DNA from: an uncultured Actinomycetes bacterium
Lineage (GTDB): Bacteria; Actinomycetota; Actinomycetes; S36-B12; CAIYMF01
Direction: 5' to 3'
Length of the DNA: 32,000 nt
Assembly (NCBI GenBank): GCA_963843975.1
Contig: CAWJMG010000001.1
Coordinates: 570,001-602,000 of the forward strand
Below the pieces are notes generated by a model, which saw only the letters and a program-made list of their open reading frames with translations, was not told the DNA's origin and made no database searches. Position numbers and translations under genes: made by a program. Below, piece by piece: positions 17,214 through 25,723 of the stretch; within the stretch, counting starts at the first letter, position 1, and the number at the start of each line of letters is the position of its first letter.

Positions 17214-17912
17214 ATGGGCGTCGTGACCGTGGACCCGACCGTGCCCGACGACGCCGAGCCGACTCCCGCACCCGTACGCCGGGAGCGCACGGAGCGGGTG
17301 CGGATGAGCGGGCGCGAGCGTCGCGAGCAGCTCATCGACGTCGGTCGCAAGCTGTTCGCCGCGAAGGGGTTCGAGGTCGTCACGATCGAGGAGATCGCCT
17401 CGAAGGCGGGCGTCTCCAAGCCGGTCGTCTATGAGCACTTCGGCAGCAAGGACGGCCTCTACGCCGTCATCGTCGACCGCGAGATGAACGCCCTCATGGG
17501 CATGGTCAGCGACTCGCTCACCGGGTCCAGCGGCGGCGCGCGCGACCTGCTCGAGAAGGCCGGCCGGGCGCTGTTCGACTACATCGAGACGCACAACGAG
17601 GGCTTCCGCATCCTGGTGCGCGACTCGCCCGTCTCGCAGACCACCGGCAACTTCGCCTCGCTGCTCCGCGACGTCGCGAGCCAGGTCGAGGCCCGGCTCG
17701 CCCGGGAGTTCGAGCGCCAGGGCTTCCCGGCCAAGCTCGCTCCGATGTACGCCAACATGCTGGTCGGCATGGTCGCGCTCACCGGGCAGTGGTGGCTCGA
17801 CGTACGCAAGCCCAAGAAGGAGGAGGTCGTCGCCCACGTGGTGAACCTCGCCTGGAACGGCTTGGCGGGCCTGGAGAAGAAGCCCACGCTCAAGGCCACG
17901 AAGAAGGCCTGA
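17214..17912 (+). CDS. TetR/AcrR family transcriptional regulator
   Basis: C-terminal part of track ORF 16497..17912, with ATG at 17214. The HTH region is RERREQLIDVGRKLFAAKGFEVVTIEEIASKAGVSKPVVYEHFGSKDGLY. Confidence 0.85.
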   Translation: MGVVTVDPTVPDDAEPTPAPVRRERTERVRMSGRERREQLIDVGRKLFAAKGFEVVTIEEIASKAGVSKPVVYEHFGSKDGLYAVIVDREMNALMGMVSDSLTGSSGGARDLLEKAGRALFDYIETHNEGFRILVRDSPVSQTTGNFASLLRDVASQVEARLAREFERQGFPAKLAPMYANMLVGMVALTGQWWLDVRKPKKEEVVAHVVNLAWNGLAGLEKKPTLKATKKA

Positions 17913-17964
17913 CCTGAGCACGCCGGCGCTCGCGACCGAGCGGCTCGACCTCGAGCCGCTCTCC

Positions 17965-18420
17965 GTGGAGGACGCCGACGAGATGGTGACGGTGCTCGCC
18001 GATCCCGCGCTGTACGCCGTGACTGGCGGGGTGCCGCCGACACTCGACGAGCTGACCGCGCGCTACGCCCGACAGGTGCTCGGCGGGTCGGACGACGGCA
18101 CCGAGACCTGGCACAACTGGATCGTGCGCGTGCGAGCCACCGGTGCGGCGGCCGGGTTCGTGCAGGCGACCGTCGTCGGCCCGGCCGACGCTGTCGTGGC
18201 CGAGCTCGCCTGGGTGATCGGCGTGCCGTGGCAGGGCCAGGGCATCGCGAGCGAGGCGGCCGCGGCACTCGTCCACGCGATGGTCGATGCCGGTGCGACC
18301 GAGGTGATCGCGCACATCGAGCCCGGGCACGCGCCGTCCGAGGCGGTGGCCGCTCGCATCGGCCTGCGACCCACCGCCGTGGTCCACGACGGCGAGGTCC
18401 GCTGGTCGTCGCTCGGCTGA
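17965..18420 (+). CDS. GNAT family N-acetyltransferase (RimJ/RimL-like). The true start is probably upstream, possibly the CTG at 17914
   Basis: 151-aa track ORF from the GTG at 17965. The core is AELAWVIGVPWQGQGIASEAAAALVHAMVD. The in-frame upstream sequence encodes LSTPALATERLDLEPLS, which looks like the usual first strand of this family. Confidence 0.8.
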   Translation: MEDADEMVTVLADPALYAVTGGVPPTLDELTARYARQVLGGSDDGTETWHNWIVRVRATGAAAGFVQATVVGPADAVVAELAWVIGVPWQGQGIASEAAAALVHAMVDAGATEVIAHIEPGHAPSEAVAARIGLRPTAVVHDGEVRWSSLG

Positions 18421-18432
18421 GCCGCCCAGGTA

Positions 18433-18446
18433 TCTCGACGTCGAGA
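18433..18446. promoter_or_regulatory. perfect 14-bp palindrome TCTCGACGTCGAGA upstream of the MarR gene (candidate MarR operator)
   Basis: Read directly. It lies 22 nt upstream of the GTG at 18468. An inverted repeat GACCGG-n9-CCGGTC (18447-18467) follows. Confidence 0.4.
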
Positions 18447-18467
18447 GACCGGGCGTAGAGTCCGGTC

Positions 18468-18977
18468 GTGACCACCGACCCCCGCGACGAGGTGGACGCG
18501 CTCGTCGAGGCCTGGCGCCGCGAGCGCCCCGACCTCGACGTCGCGCCGCTCGAGGTGCTCTCGCGCGTGTCCCGCCTCGCGCGGCACCTCGACCTCGCGC
18601 GGCGCCAGGCGTTCGAGACGCACGACCTCGAGCCGTGGGAGTTCGACGTCCTCGCAGCACTGCGCCGCGAGGGCCCGCCGTACGCGCTGTCCCCCGGTCG
18701 CCTGCTGCAGGTCACGCTGGTCACGAGCGGCACCATGACCAACCGCATCGACCGGCTCGAGGCCAAGGGCCTCGTCGAGCGCGTGCCCGACCCGAACGAC
18801 GGCCGCAGCGTGCAGGTGGTGCTGTCCGAGGGCGGCCGCGCGCGCGTCGACGACGCTCTCACCGACCTGCTCGCGCACGAGCGCGCGATCCTGGGTGCGC
18901 TGCCGTCGTCCGACCAGGACACCCTCGCCGACCTGCTCCGCAGCCTGACGCTCCCCTTCGACACAGCCGCCGACTGA
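18468..18977 (+). CDS. MarR family transcriptional regulator
   Basis: 169-aa ORF. The winged-helix region is WEFDVLAALRREGPPYALSPGRLLQVTLVTSGTMTNRIDRLEAKGLVERVPDPNDGRSVQVVLSEGG. Confidence 0.88.
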   Translation: MTTDPRDEVDALVEAWRRERPDLDVAPLEVLSRVSRLARHLDLARRQAFETHDLEPWEFDVLAALRREGPPYALSPGRLLQVTLVTSGTMTNRIDRLEAKGLVERVPDPNDGRSVQVVLSEGGRARVDDALTDLLAHERAILGALPSSDQDTLADLLRSLTLPFDTAAD

Positions 18978-19017
18978 CACCTCGGTCGCGAGGGTCCACT
19001 GAGGTCCGCGGACGGCC

Positions 19018-19512
19018 CTACCCCGCGGGCAGTGCGGGCGGCGGTCCGACGATCTCGATCTGGTGCGCGGGCGCAGCGGCCATGAGCGCACCGAGGTCGA
19101 ACTCCCACGTGGCCGGAAGGTCGCCCTCCACGGGTACGCCGGCGGCGCGCACGAACTCGCCGAAGCCAGCGGGAGCCGTGACGCTGATCAGACGTGCCGT
19201 CGCGCTCACGACGCCGAACGCGTGGCGCTGCCCCGAGGGCAGGTAGAGGGCACCGCCTGCGCCGACTGCGACCTCGTCGTCGCCTGCCCAGGCGTGGATG
19301 TCGCCCTCGAGCACGTAGAAGATCTCGGCCTCGCCGTGGTGAATGTGCAGCGGGGTCGTGTCGCCGCGCACCCCGGTCTGGTCGAGCAGCGCGACCGACC
19401 CCTGGGTCTGCGCTGAGTCCAGCACGAGGTCGAACGACGTACCGCCTGCCCACAGCAGACGGCGCCGATCTACGGCATGCGAGATGCCCACTCCCGAGGG
19501 AAGCACCGACAC
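19018..19512 (-). CDS. cupin domain protein
   Basis: 164-aa ORF with a GTG start after AAGGAG. The cupin motifs are PLHIHHGEAEIFYVLEG...GGALYLPSGQRHAF. Confidence 0.8.
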   Translation of the reverse strand: MSVLPSGVGISHAVDRRRLLWAGGTSFDLVLDSAQTQGSVALLDQTGVRGDTTPLHIHHGEAEIFYVLEGDIHAWAGDDEVAVGAGGALYLPSGQRHAFGVVSATARLISVTAPAGFGEFVRAAGVPVEGDLPATWEFDLGALMAAAPAHQIEIVGPPPALPAG

Positions 19513-19653
19513 GACTACTCCTTCAGCCCATAGATCTGACGGTCGCGGCGACGGAGTCGCGGCAGCGCACTAGACCACGACGGGCCACAACCGCGACGGA
19601 TAACGTCGAAAGTGCCTTTGCCGAGCCTGGCACGTCACCCAGGAAGGTGCTCG

Positions 19654-19670
19654 AGAACCTCTGTGGTTCT
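19654..19670 (-). terminator. stem-loop just downstream of the monooxygenase stop
   Basis: AGAACC (19654-19659) pairs with GGTTCT (19665-19670) around the loop TCTGT. It lies 16 nt from the stop at 19686 and belongs to a motif shared with 8008-8031. Confidence 0.35.
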
Positions 19671-19685
19671 GGGCATCTGACTGGG

Positions 19686-20810
19686 TCAGGTGGCAGCGAT
19701 GGCCTTGGCGATGCGCTTGGCCTCGAGGCCCATCTCGCGGAGCATGCCCGCGGGCGAGACGAACTGGCCGCAGAACCACAGGCCCGGCAGAGCGGTCGGG
19801 CCGCCGCTCACCAGCGGGCGGCCGTCCTCGCCGCAGACCGCTCGCCACTCCGGCAGCAGGTCCTCGAGCGCGGGGCGGTAGCCGGTCGCGAGCACCACGG
19901 CGTCGAGGTCGAGCTGCGAGCCGTCGTCGAAGACGACACCGGACGACGTGAAGCGCTCGATGTCGCCGTGGACCGTGATGCGGCCAGACTTGATGTGGTC
20001 CATCGTGCCGATGTCGAGCAACGGGATGTGCTTGTCGTTCTTGATCTGCGTGTTCGGGCCGTACGGCAGCTTCTTCAGGCCCACCTTCGTGATGTCGCCG
20101 ATGGTGAGCCGCACGAGCGGTGCGGCGAGCGCGTCCGCCACGCCGGTCGGAAGCACGCGCATCGCGATCCCCATCTGCAGCACGGGGATCCCGAAGAGGT
20201 CGCGCGGCAGCACGTTCACCTGCGAGCGCACCGACAGGTGGGCGGCGACGCCGTGCTCGACGAGGTCGATCGCCTGCTCGCACGCGGAGTTGCCGAAGCC
20301 GACCACGAGCACCGCGCCGCCGCGCCACGGCTCGCCGTTGCGGTACTCGCTCGAGTGCAGGACGGACCCGCCGTACGACTCCAGGCCCGGCCAGGACGGA
20401 CGCACGGGCACGCGCGTGGCGCCGGTGGCGACGACCACGTGCTCGGCGTGCCAGGTGGTGTCCTGCGTCGCCACGTCCCAGCCGCCCTCGGCCGCGCGCT
20501 CTATGCGCGACACCGTCTGGTCGAAGTGCGGCGCGATGCGGTGCTGGGCGGCGTACGCCTCGAGGTACTCGACCACCTGCACGCGCGCGGGGTAGCGCGG
20601 CCAGTCGCGCGGCATCGGTGTGCCGGGCAGCGTGGACGCCGACTTGGGCGTGTGCAGGTGCAGCCGGTCGTAGTGGTGGCGCCAGGCTGTGCCGACGACG
20701 TCGGACGCCTCCAGCACCTCGAACGGGACGGCGGCGTCGCGCAGGCAGGCGGCGGTGGCGAGGCCGGCGGCCGAGGCGCCGATGACGAGGACCTTCGTGG
20801 AGTTCTGCAC
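19686..20810 (-). CDS. flavin-containing monooxygenase / NAD(P)/FAD-dependent oxidoreductase (class B, CzcO/YUCCA-like)
   Basis: 374-aa ORF with a GTG start. The first dinucleotide fold is VLVIGASAAGLATA, followed by HLHTPK and a second fold VLVVGFGNSACE. The C-terminal ATGY is also present. Confidence 0.85.
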   Translation of the reverse strand: MQNSTKVLVIGASAAGLATAACLRDAAVPFEVLEASDVVGTAWRHHYDRLHLHTPKSASTLPGTPMPRDWPRYPARVQVVEYLEAYAAQHRIAPHFDQTVSRIERAAEGGWDVATQDTTWHAEHVVVATGATRVPVRPSWPGLESYGGSVLHSSEYRNGEPWRGGAVLVVGFGNSACEQAIDLVEHGVAAHLSVRSQVNVLPRDLFGIPVLQMGIAMRVLPTGVADALAAPLVRLTIGDITKVGLKKLPYGPNTQIKNDKHIPLLDIGTMDHIKSGRITVHGDIERFTSSGVVFDDGSQLDLDAVVLATGYRPALEDLLPEWRAVCGEDGRPLVSGGPTALPGLWFCGQFVSPAGMLREMGLEAKRIAKAIAAT

Positions 20811-20825
20811 CGCGTCAGGCTAGGG

Positions 20826-22739
20826 CTACTGCTCGAGATCGGCGGCGATCTCGAGCCACTGCTCCTCGAGCCCCTCGCGCTCGGCGACGACGGCGCGCAG
20901 CTCGGCGTCGAGCGCGAGCACCTTCTCGTGGTCGGTCGCGGTCGCGGCATCGGCGAGCAGCGCGTGCAGCCGCTCCTCCTCCTTGCCCAGCTTCTCGGTA
21001 CGTCGCTCGATCCTCGTGAGCTCCTTGCGCAGCTCGCGCAGGTCGCCCGCCGCGCGCCTCGGCGCAGCGTCGGCGGTCGTCGACGACGATGACGACGCCG
21101 CGCCGCCGGACGACGCAGCACTGCCGCCCGCGGTCATGACTGCGCGCCGCTCGAGGTACTCGTCGACGCCGTTCGGCAGCATCCGGATCGCGCCGTCGCC
21201 GAGCAGCGCGTAGACGACGTCGGTCGTGCGCTCGAGGAAGTACCGGTCGTGGCTGACGACGACGAGGGTGCCGGGCCAGGTGTCGAGCAGGTCCTCGAGG
21301 ACCGTGAGCATCTCGACGTCGAGGTCGTTGGTCGGCTCGTCGAGCAGCAGGACGTTGGGCCCGCCGACGAGCAGCCGCAGCATCTGCAGGCGACGCAGCT
21401 CGCCGCCGGACAGGTCGCCGAGACGCGTGAACAGCTTGTCGCCGCTGAAGCCGAAGCCCTCCAGCATGCTGCGCGCGGTCACCGAACGGGAGGCTCCGCC
21501 CGCGGCCATGCGCGACTGCCACGCCGCGCTCGATGCGTCGCGCCCGCCGACCTCGACGTACTGCGCCTGCCGCTCGACCGACTCGAGCACGCGGTCGGCG
21601 GGGTCGATCTCGGCCAGGGCCTGCGTGAGCGTGGCGACGTGGACGGTGAGGCCGACGCTCACGGTGCCGGCGCGGACGTCGGGCGCGTGCTCGGCGTCGA
21701 GCACGCCGTCGTGCGCCGCGGCGAGCAGGCGCAGGAGGGTGGTCTTGCCGACGCCGTTGGGGCCGAGCAGTCCGATGCGGTCGCCGGGCCCGAGCCGCCA
21801 GGTCTGACCGGTGACGACGGCCGGGGCGCCGACCGCCGGTGCGACGGTCACGTCCTCGAGGTCGTACACCTGCTTGCCGAGCCGGGCGGTCGCGAACTTC
21901 TCCAGCGCCAGGCGGTCGCGCGGCGGCGGCTCGTCGGCGATGAGCTCGTTCGCCGCGTCGATGCGGAACTTCGGCTTGCTCGTGCGCGCAGGTGCACCGC
22001 GGCGCAGCCACGCGAGCTCCTTGCGCAGCAGGTTCTGCCGACGCTCCTCGCTGGACGCCGCCTGCCGCGAGCGCTCGGCCCGCGCGAGGACAAAGGCGGC
22101 GTACCCGCCGTCGTAGCGGTGGACCGCGCCGTCGACGACCTCCCACGTCTCGGTGGCGACCTCGTCGAGGAACCACCGGTCGTGCGTGACGGCGACGAGC
22201 GCACCGCGGCGCGGCGCCAGGTGGTGCGCGAGCCACGACACGGCCTCGACGTCGAGGTGGTTGGTCGGCTCGTCGAGCACCAGGAGGTCGGGGTCGTCGA
22301 TGAGCAACCGCGCGAGGGCCGCGCGACGGCGCTCGCCGCCCGACATGGTGCCGATCACGGCGTCGAGGCCGCCCTCGTACGCGTCCGCGTTCACGCCGCC
22401 GAGCAGGCCGCCCATCACATCGCGCACGCGGGCGTCGCCAGCCCACTCGTGCTCCGCGCGGTCGCCGACGACGACGTCCCGCAGGGTGGCCGCCGGGTCG
22501 AGGTCGTCGCCCTGCGCGAGCAGGCCGATCGTGACGCTGCCGAGGCGGATCACGCGGCCGGAGTCGACGTCCTCGAGACCGGTGAGCACGCGTACGAGCG
22601 TGGTCTTGCCGCCGCCGTTGCGGCCGACGACGCCGATGCGCGCGCCCTCGGTGACGCCGACGGTGACGCCGTCGAGCAGCGTGCGGGTGCCGAGCGCCTT
22701 GCCGACGTCCTCGAGCGCCACGTAGGTGGGCGGCGGCAT
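20826..22739 (-). CDS. ABC-F family ATPase (two ABC domains, no transmembrane domain, C-terminal coiled coil)
   Basis: 637-aa ORF. Walker A occurs twice (GRNGGGKTT, GPNGVGKTT) and the signature twice (MSGGERRR, LSGGELRR). Walker B is LLVLDEPTNHLD and LLLDEPTNDLD. The start overlaps the ispE stop (TGATG). Confidence 0.9.
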   Translation of the reverse strand: MPPPTYVALEDVGKALGTRTLLDGVTVGVTEGARIGVVGRNGGGKTTLVRVLTGLEDVDSGRVIRLGSVTIGLLAQGDDLDPAATLRDVVVGDRAEHEWAGDARVRDVMGGLLGGVNADAYEGGLDAVIGTMSGGERRRAALARLLIDDPDLLVLDEPTNHLDVEAVSWLAHHLAPRRGALVAVTHDRWFLDEVATETWEVVDGAVHRYDGGYAAFVLARAERSRQAASSEERRQNLLRKELAWLRRGAPARTSKPKFRIDAANELIADEPPPRDRLALEKFATARLGKQVYDLEDVTVAPAVGAPAVVTGQTWRLGPGDRIGLLGPNGVGKTTLLRLLAAAHDGVLDAEHAPDVRAGTVSVGLTVHVATLTQALAEIDPADRVLESVERQAQYVEVGGRDASSAAWQSRMAAGGASRSVTARSMLEGFGFSGDKLFTRLGDLSGGELRRLQMLRLLVGGPNVLLLDEPTNDLDVEMLTVLEDLLDTWPGTLVVVSHDRYFLERTTDVVYALLGDGAIRMLPNGVDEYLERRAVMTAGGSAASSGGAASSSSSTTADAAPRRAAGDLRELRKELTRIERRTEKLGKEEERLHALLADAATATDHEKVLALDAELRAVVAEREGLEEQWLEIAADLEQ

Positions 22740-23663
22740 CAGCCCGCTGCCCGCTGGTCGACGACCTTCGCGCCCGGCACCGGGCCCATGGCACGGCGCA
22801 CGGTGCGGCAGACGCCGGACGCAGTGAACGCGACCGCGAGGTCGAGCGCGTGCTCGTCGTCCCGCGCGAGGAAGGCGCAGGTCGGGCCGCTACCGGAGAC
22901 CACGCCGCCGAGGGCGCCGTACTCCTCGCCGACCGAGAGCACCTGGGCGAGCAGCGGACGAAGCGAGACGGCACCGCTCTGCAGATCGTTGTGGAGCGCC
23001 TTGCCGAGGGCCACGGGGTCGCCCGCGCGCAGGGCGGCCATGCAGCTCGGCAGGCACCTCCGGCTCGGGCACCGACTGGCCCTCACGGAGGCGGTCGGTC
23101 TCGCGGTAGACCGCGGGGGTCGACAGGCCCTCTTCGGCGAGGACGAAGACCCAGTGGAACGTGCCGCGCACCATCGCGGTGGTGAGCTCGGTGCCGCGGT
23201 CGTGCCCGACGGCGGTGCCGCCGTGCAGCGCGAACGGGACGTCGCTGCCGAGCTCGGCGCCGAGGTCCATGAGCGTCTCCCGGCCGAGACCGAGGGCGAA
23301 GAGCGCGTCGACCGCGACCAACGCCGCGGCGGCGTCGGCACTGCCGCCGGCCATGCCGCCCGCGACCGGGATCCCTTTGCGGATGGCGAGCGAGACGTCG
23401 CGGGAGCCGCCGTACGGCACCAGCAGCTCGACCGCGCGGGCCGCGAGGTTGGTGCCGTCGAGCGGCACGTCGGCCGCACCCTCGCCCTCGACGTGCAGCT
23501 GGGTGCCCGAGCCCTCGGGCAGCGGCGTCGCGACGAGGTCGTCGTACAGGCCGACGGCGTGGAAGACCGTGGCGAGCCCGTGGAAGCCGTCCTCGCGGAG
23601 CGGTCCGACCTCGAGCGCGAGGTTGACCTTCGCCGGAGCACGGACGGTCACGGAGGAGAGCAC
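22739..23663 (-). pseudogene. ispE: 4-(cytidine 5'-diphospho)-2-C-methyl-D-erythritol kinase, reading frame interrupted by an apparent single-base insertion near 23039-23045
   Basis: N-terminal ~205 codons (VTVRAPAKVNLAL...IPVAGGMAGGSADAAA...EPEVPAEL) lie in the frame of ORF 22890..23663(-). The C-terminal ~100 codons (MAALRAGDPVALGKALHNDLQ...GVVSGSGPTCAFL...) lie in the frame of ORF 22739..23641(-). The GTG start at 23663 is preceded by GGAGG. Confidence 0.88.
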
Positions 23664-23700
23664 CCTCCGACTCTATGGGGTCGCGGGCGGACGCGAGTTA

Positions 23701-24856
23701 CTGCCCAAAGTGGGGCTATGGAGCCACCCATGACCCCGGCGGTCTCAAGCGGCTGTTGCACCGAGGACCTCGGTGAGGGCCTCGCGGGGAGTCTTCCAGT
23801 CCAGGGTCATGCGCGGTCGGGTGTTGAGGCTGAGGGCGACGGCGTCGCAGTCGGCCTGGGTCAGTCCGCGCATGTCGGCGCCCTTGGGCCAGTACTGACG
23901 CAGCAGCCCGTTGGTGTTCTCGTTGCTGCCTCGTTGCCAGGGTGAGTGCGGGTCGGCGAAGTAGATGTCGATGTCCGCTTCGATGGCGATCGCCGCGTGC
24001 TGGGCCATCTCCTTGCCCCGGTCCCAGGTCAGGGTCTTGCGGATCTGGTCGGGCAGTGAGGCGATCAACGGGGTGAGGACCTCTTGGAGGTCGATCGCCT
24101 TGTGGGTGTCGGGCAGCGGAGCGAGCAGCACGAACCTGGTCGACCGCTCGACCAGAGTGATCACAGCGCCCTTGCCGATCCCGCCCATCAGCAGGTCGCC
24201 CTCCCAATGGCCCGGAACGGCACGGTCAGCGGCCTCAGCCGGCCGAGCGCTGATCGGGATGGTGCCGACCAGCTTGCCGCGGGTCTCCTTACGTCCCTGC
24301 GGCTTGCGGCTGGTCCGCCCGGTGCGCAGATGCTTGGCCAGCTCGCGGCGAAGCTCGCCGCGAGCCTGCACGAACAGTGACCGATAGATCGTCTCGTGGC
24401 TCACCCTCATACCGTCCTGGTCGGGATAGAGCTCGGGCAACCGCTGGGCAATCTGCTGCGGGGACCAGTTCGCCTGAAGCAGCCCCGACACCACCAGCCC
24501 CAGGTCCCCGGCGAGCTTGAAACCCTTCGGCCGCCGAGCCGACTCCGTGGCCCGGGCCTGAGCGACCCAGGCGTGATAGACCGCAGAGCGTCCTCGGGTC
24601 CCGCGGCGCGCCGACCCCGCCGGATGCTTGGGCCTGCGATTGGGGCGCGACCCAGAGCCTTGCGACAACTCACGCGCCACGGTGGTGCGGTGCTTGCCCA
24701 CCAGTTCGGCGATCTGCGGCACAGACAACCCCTGCCGCATGGCCCGCTCGATCACCCCACGGTCGTGCTCGGTCAACCTCGCTCCAGGCATCCCAACCTC
24801 CAAGCTGCACAAGACCACGTGCAACTACCAGTTGAGAACGCCCCCACTTTGGGCAG
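23701..24856 (-). mobile_element. IS30-family insertion sequence (~1.16 kb), apparently intact
   Basis: Terminal inverted repeats are CTGCCCAAAGTGGGG (23701-23715) and CCCCACTTTGGGCAG (24842-24856). The flanking direct repeat is TTA, or GTTAC if the ends are drawn one base further in. It contains one transposase ORF. Confidence 0.85.
23745..24791 (-). CDS. IS30 family transposase
   Basis: Track ORF 23745..24824. The likely ATG at 24791 follows GGAGG. It has an N-terminal HTH (GLSVPQIAELVGKHRTTVAREL). The DDE region carries PGHWEGDLLMG and YFADPHSPWQRGSNENTNGLLRQYWPKG. Confidence 0.9.
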   Translation of the reverse strand: MPGARLTEHDRGVIERAMRQGLSVPQIAELVGKHRTTVARELSQGSGSRPNRRPKHPAGSARRGTRGRSAVYHAWVAQARATESARRPKGFKLAGDLGLVVSGLLQANWSPQQIAQRLPELYPDQDGMRVSHETIYRSLFVQARGELRRELAKHLRTGRTSRKPQGRKETRGKLVGTIPISARPAEAADRAVPGHWEGDLLMGGIGKGAVITLVERSTRFVLLAPLPDTHKAIDLQEVLTPLIASLPDQIRKTLTWDRGKEMAQHAAIAIEADIDIYFADPHSPWQRGSNENTNGLLRQYWPKGADMRGLTQADCDAVALSLNTRPRMTLDWKTPREALTEVLGATAA

Positions 24857-25723
24857 TTACTCGCGGGGTTTGGCGGCGGCTAGGGCGGCGAAGGCGGCTA
24901 CGTCGAGGTTCTCGCCTCGTTCGCTGGGGTCGATGCCTGCGGCGCGCAGGATCTCCTCGGCGGCGGCGGGCGAGCCGGCCCAGCCGGCCAGCGCCGCGCG
25001 CAGGGTCTTACGGCGCTGGGCGAAGGCGGAGTCGACGGCGGCGAACACCTCGGCGCGCGTGGCCGTGGTCTCGGGCGGCGACGTACGAGTGATGGCCACG
25101 AGGCCGCTGTCGACGTTCGGCGCCGGCCAGAAGACCGTGCGGCCGACCTTGCCGACGAGCGCGACGTCGCCGTACCAGCGGGCCTTCACGCTGGGGACGC
25201 CGTACACCTTCGAGCCCGGGCCGGCGGCGAGGCGGTCGGCCACCTCGAGCTGCACCATGACGAGCACGCGGCGGATGGTCGGGAAGTGCTCGAGCAGGTG
25301 CAGGATCACCGGCACCGAGACGTTGTACGGCAGGTTGGCCACGAGCGCCGTCGGAGCCGGCCCGTCGAGCGCACGCACCTGCAGCGCGTCGGCGTGCACG
25401 ACCTCGAGCCGGTCGAGCAGGTCCGGTCGGCGCGCCTCGACGGTCGTCGCCAGGGCCGGCGCGAGGACGTCGTCGATCTCGATCGCGACCACGCGCGCCA
25501 CCTCGGGCAGCAGCGCCAGCGTGAGCGACCCGAGGCCCGGCCCGACCTCGATCACGACGTCGTCGGGGCCGACCTCCGCCGTGCGCACGATGCGCCGGAC
25601 CGTGTTGCCGTCGATGACGAAGTTCTGGCCCTTCTGCTTCGTCGGCCTCACCCCGAGCCGGTCGGCGAGCAGCCGGATCTCGGTCGCCCCGAGCAGCCCG
25701 TCGTGACCCTCCGGCGTCACCAC
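24857..25723 (-). CDS. rsmA: 16S rRNA (adenine1518-N6/adenine1519-N6)-dimethyltransferase
   Basis: C-terminal 289 codons of track ORF 24857..26467. It carries [30 protein letters not shown] and ANLPYNVS. The GTG start overlaps the tatD stop (GTGGTGA). The TAA stop coincides with the right target duplication of the IS30 element. Confidence 0.92.
   Translation of the reverse strand: MVTPEGHDGLLGATEIRLLADRLGVRPTKQKGQNFVIDGNTVRRIVRTAEVGPDDVVIEVGPGLGSLTLALLPEVARVVAIEIDDVLAPALATTVEARRPDLLDRLEVVHADALQVRALDGPAPTALVANLPYNVSVPVILHLLEHFPTIRRVLVMVQLEVADRLAAGPGSKVYGVPSVKARWYGDVALVGKVGRTVFWPAPNVDSGLVAITRTSPPETTATRAEVFAAVDSAFAQRRKTLRAALAGWAGSPAAAEEILRAAGIDPSERGENLDVAAFAALAAAKPRE

Noticed and set aside
20815-23945. 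719-aa (-) and 898-aa (+) ORFs over the ABC-F and ispE genes
   Set aside because: They are alternate-frame and antisense shadows of the ABC-F ATPase and IspE, with no motifs.
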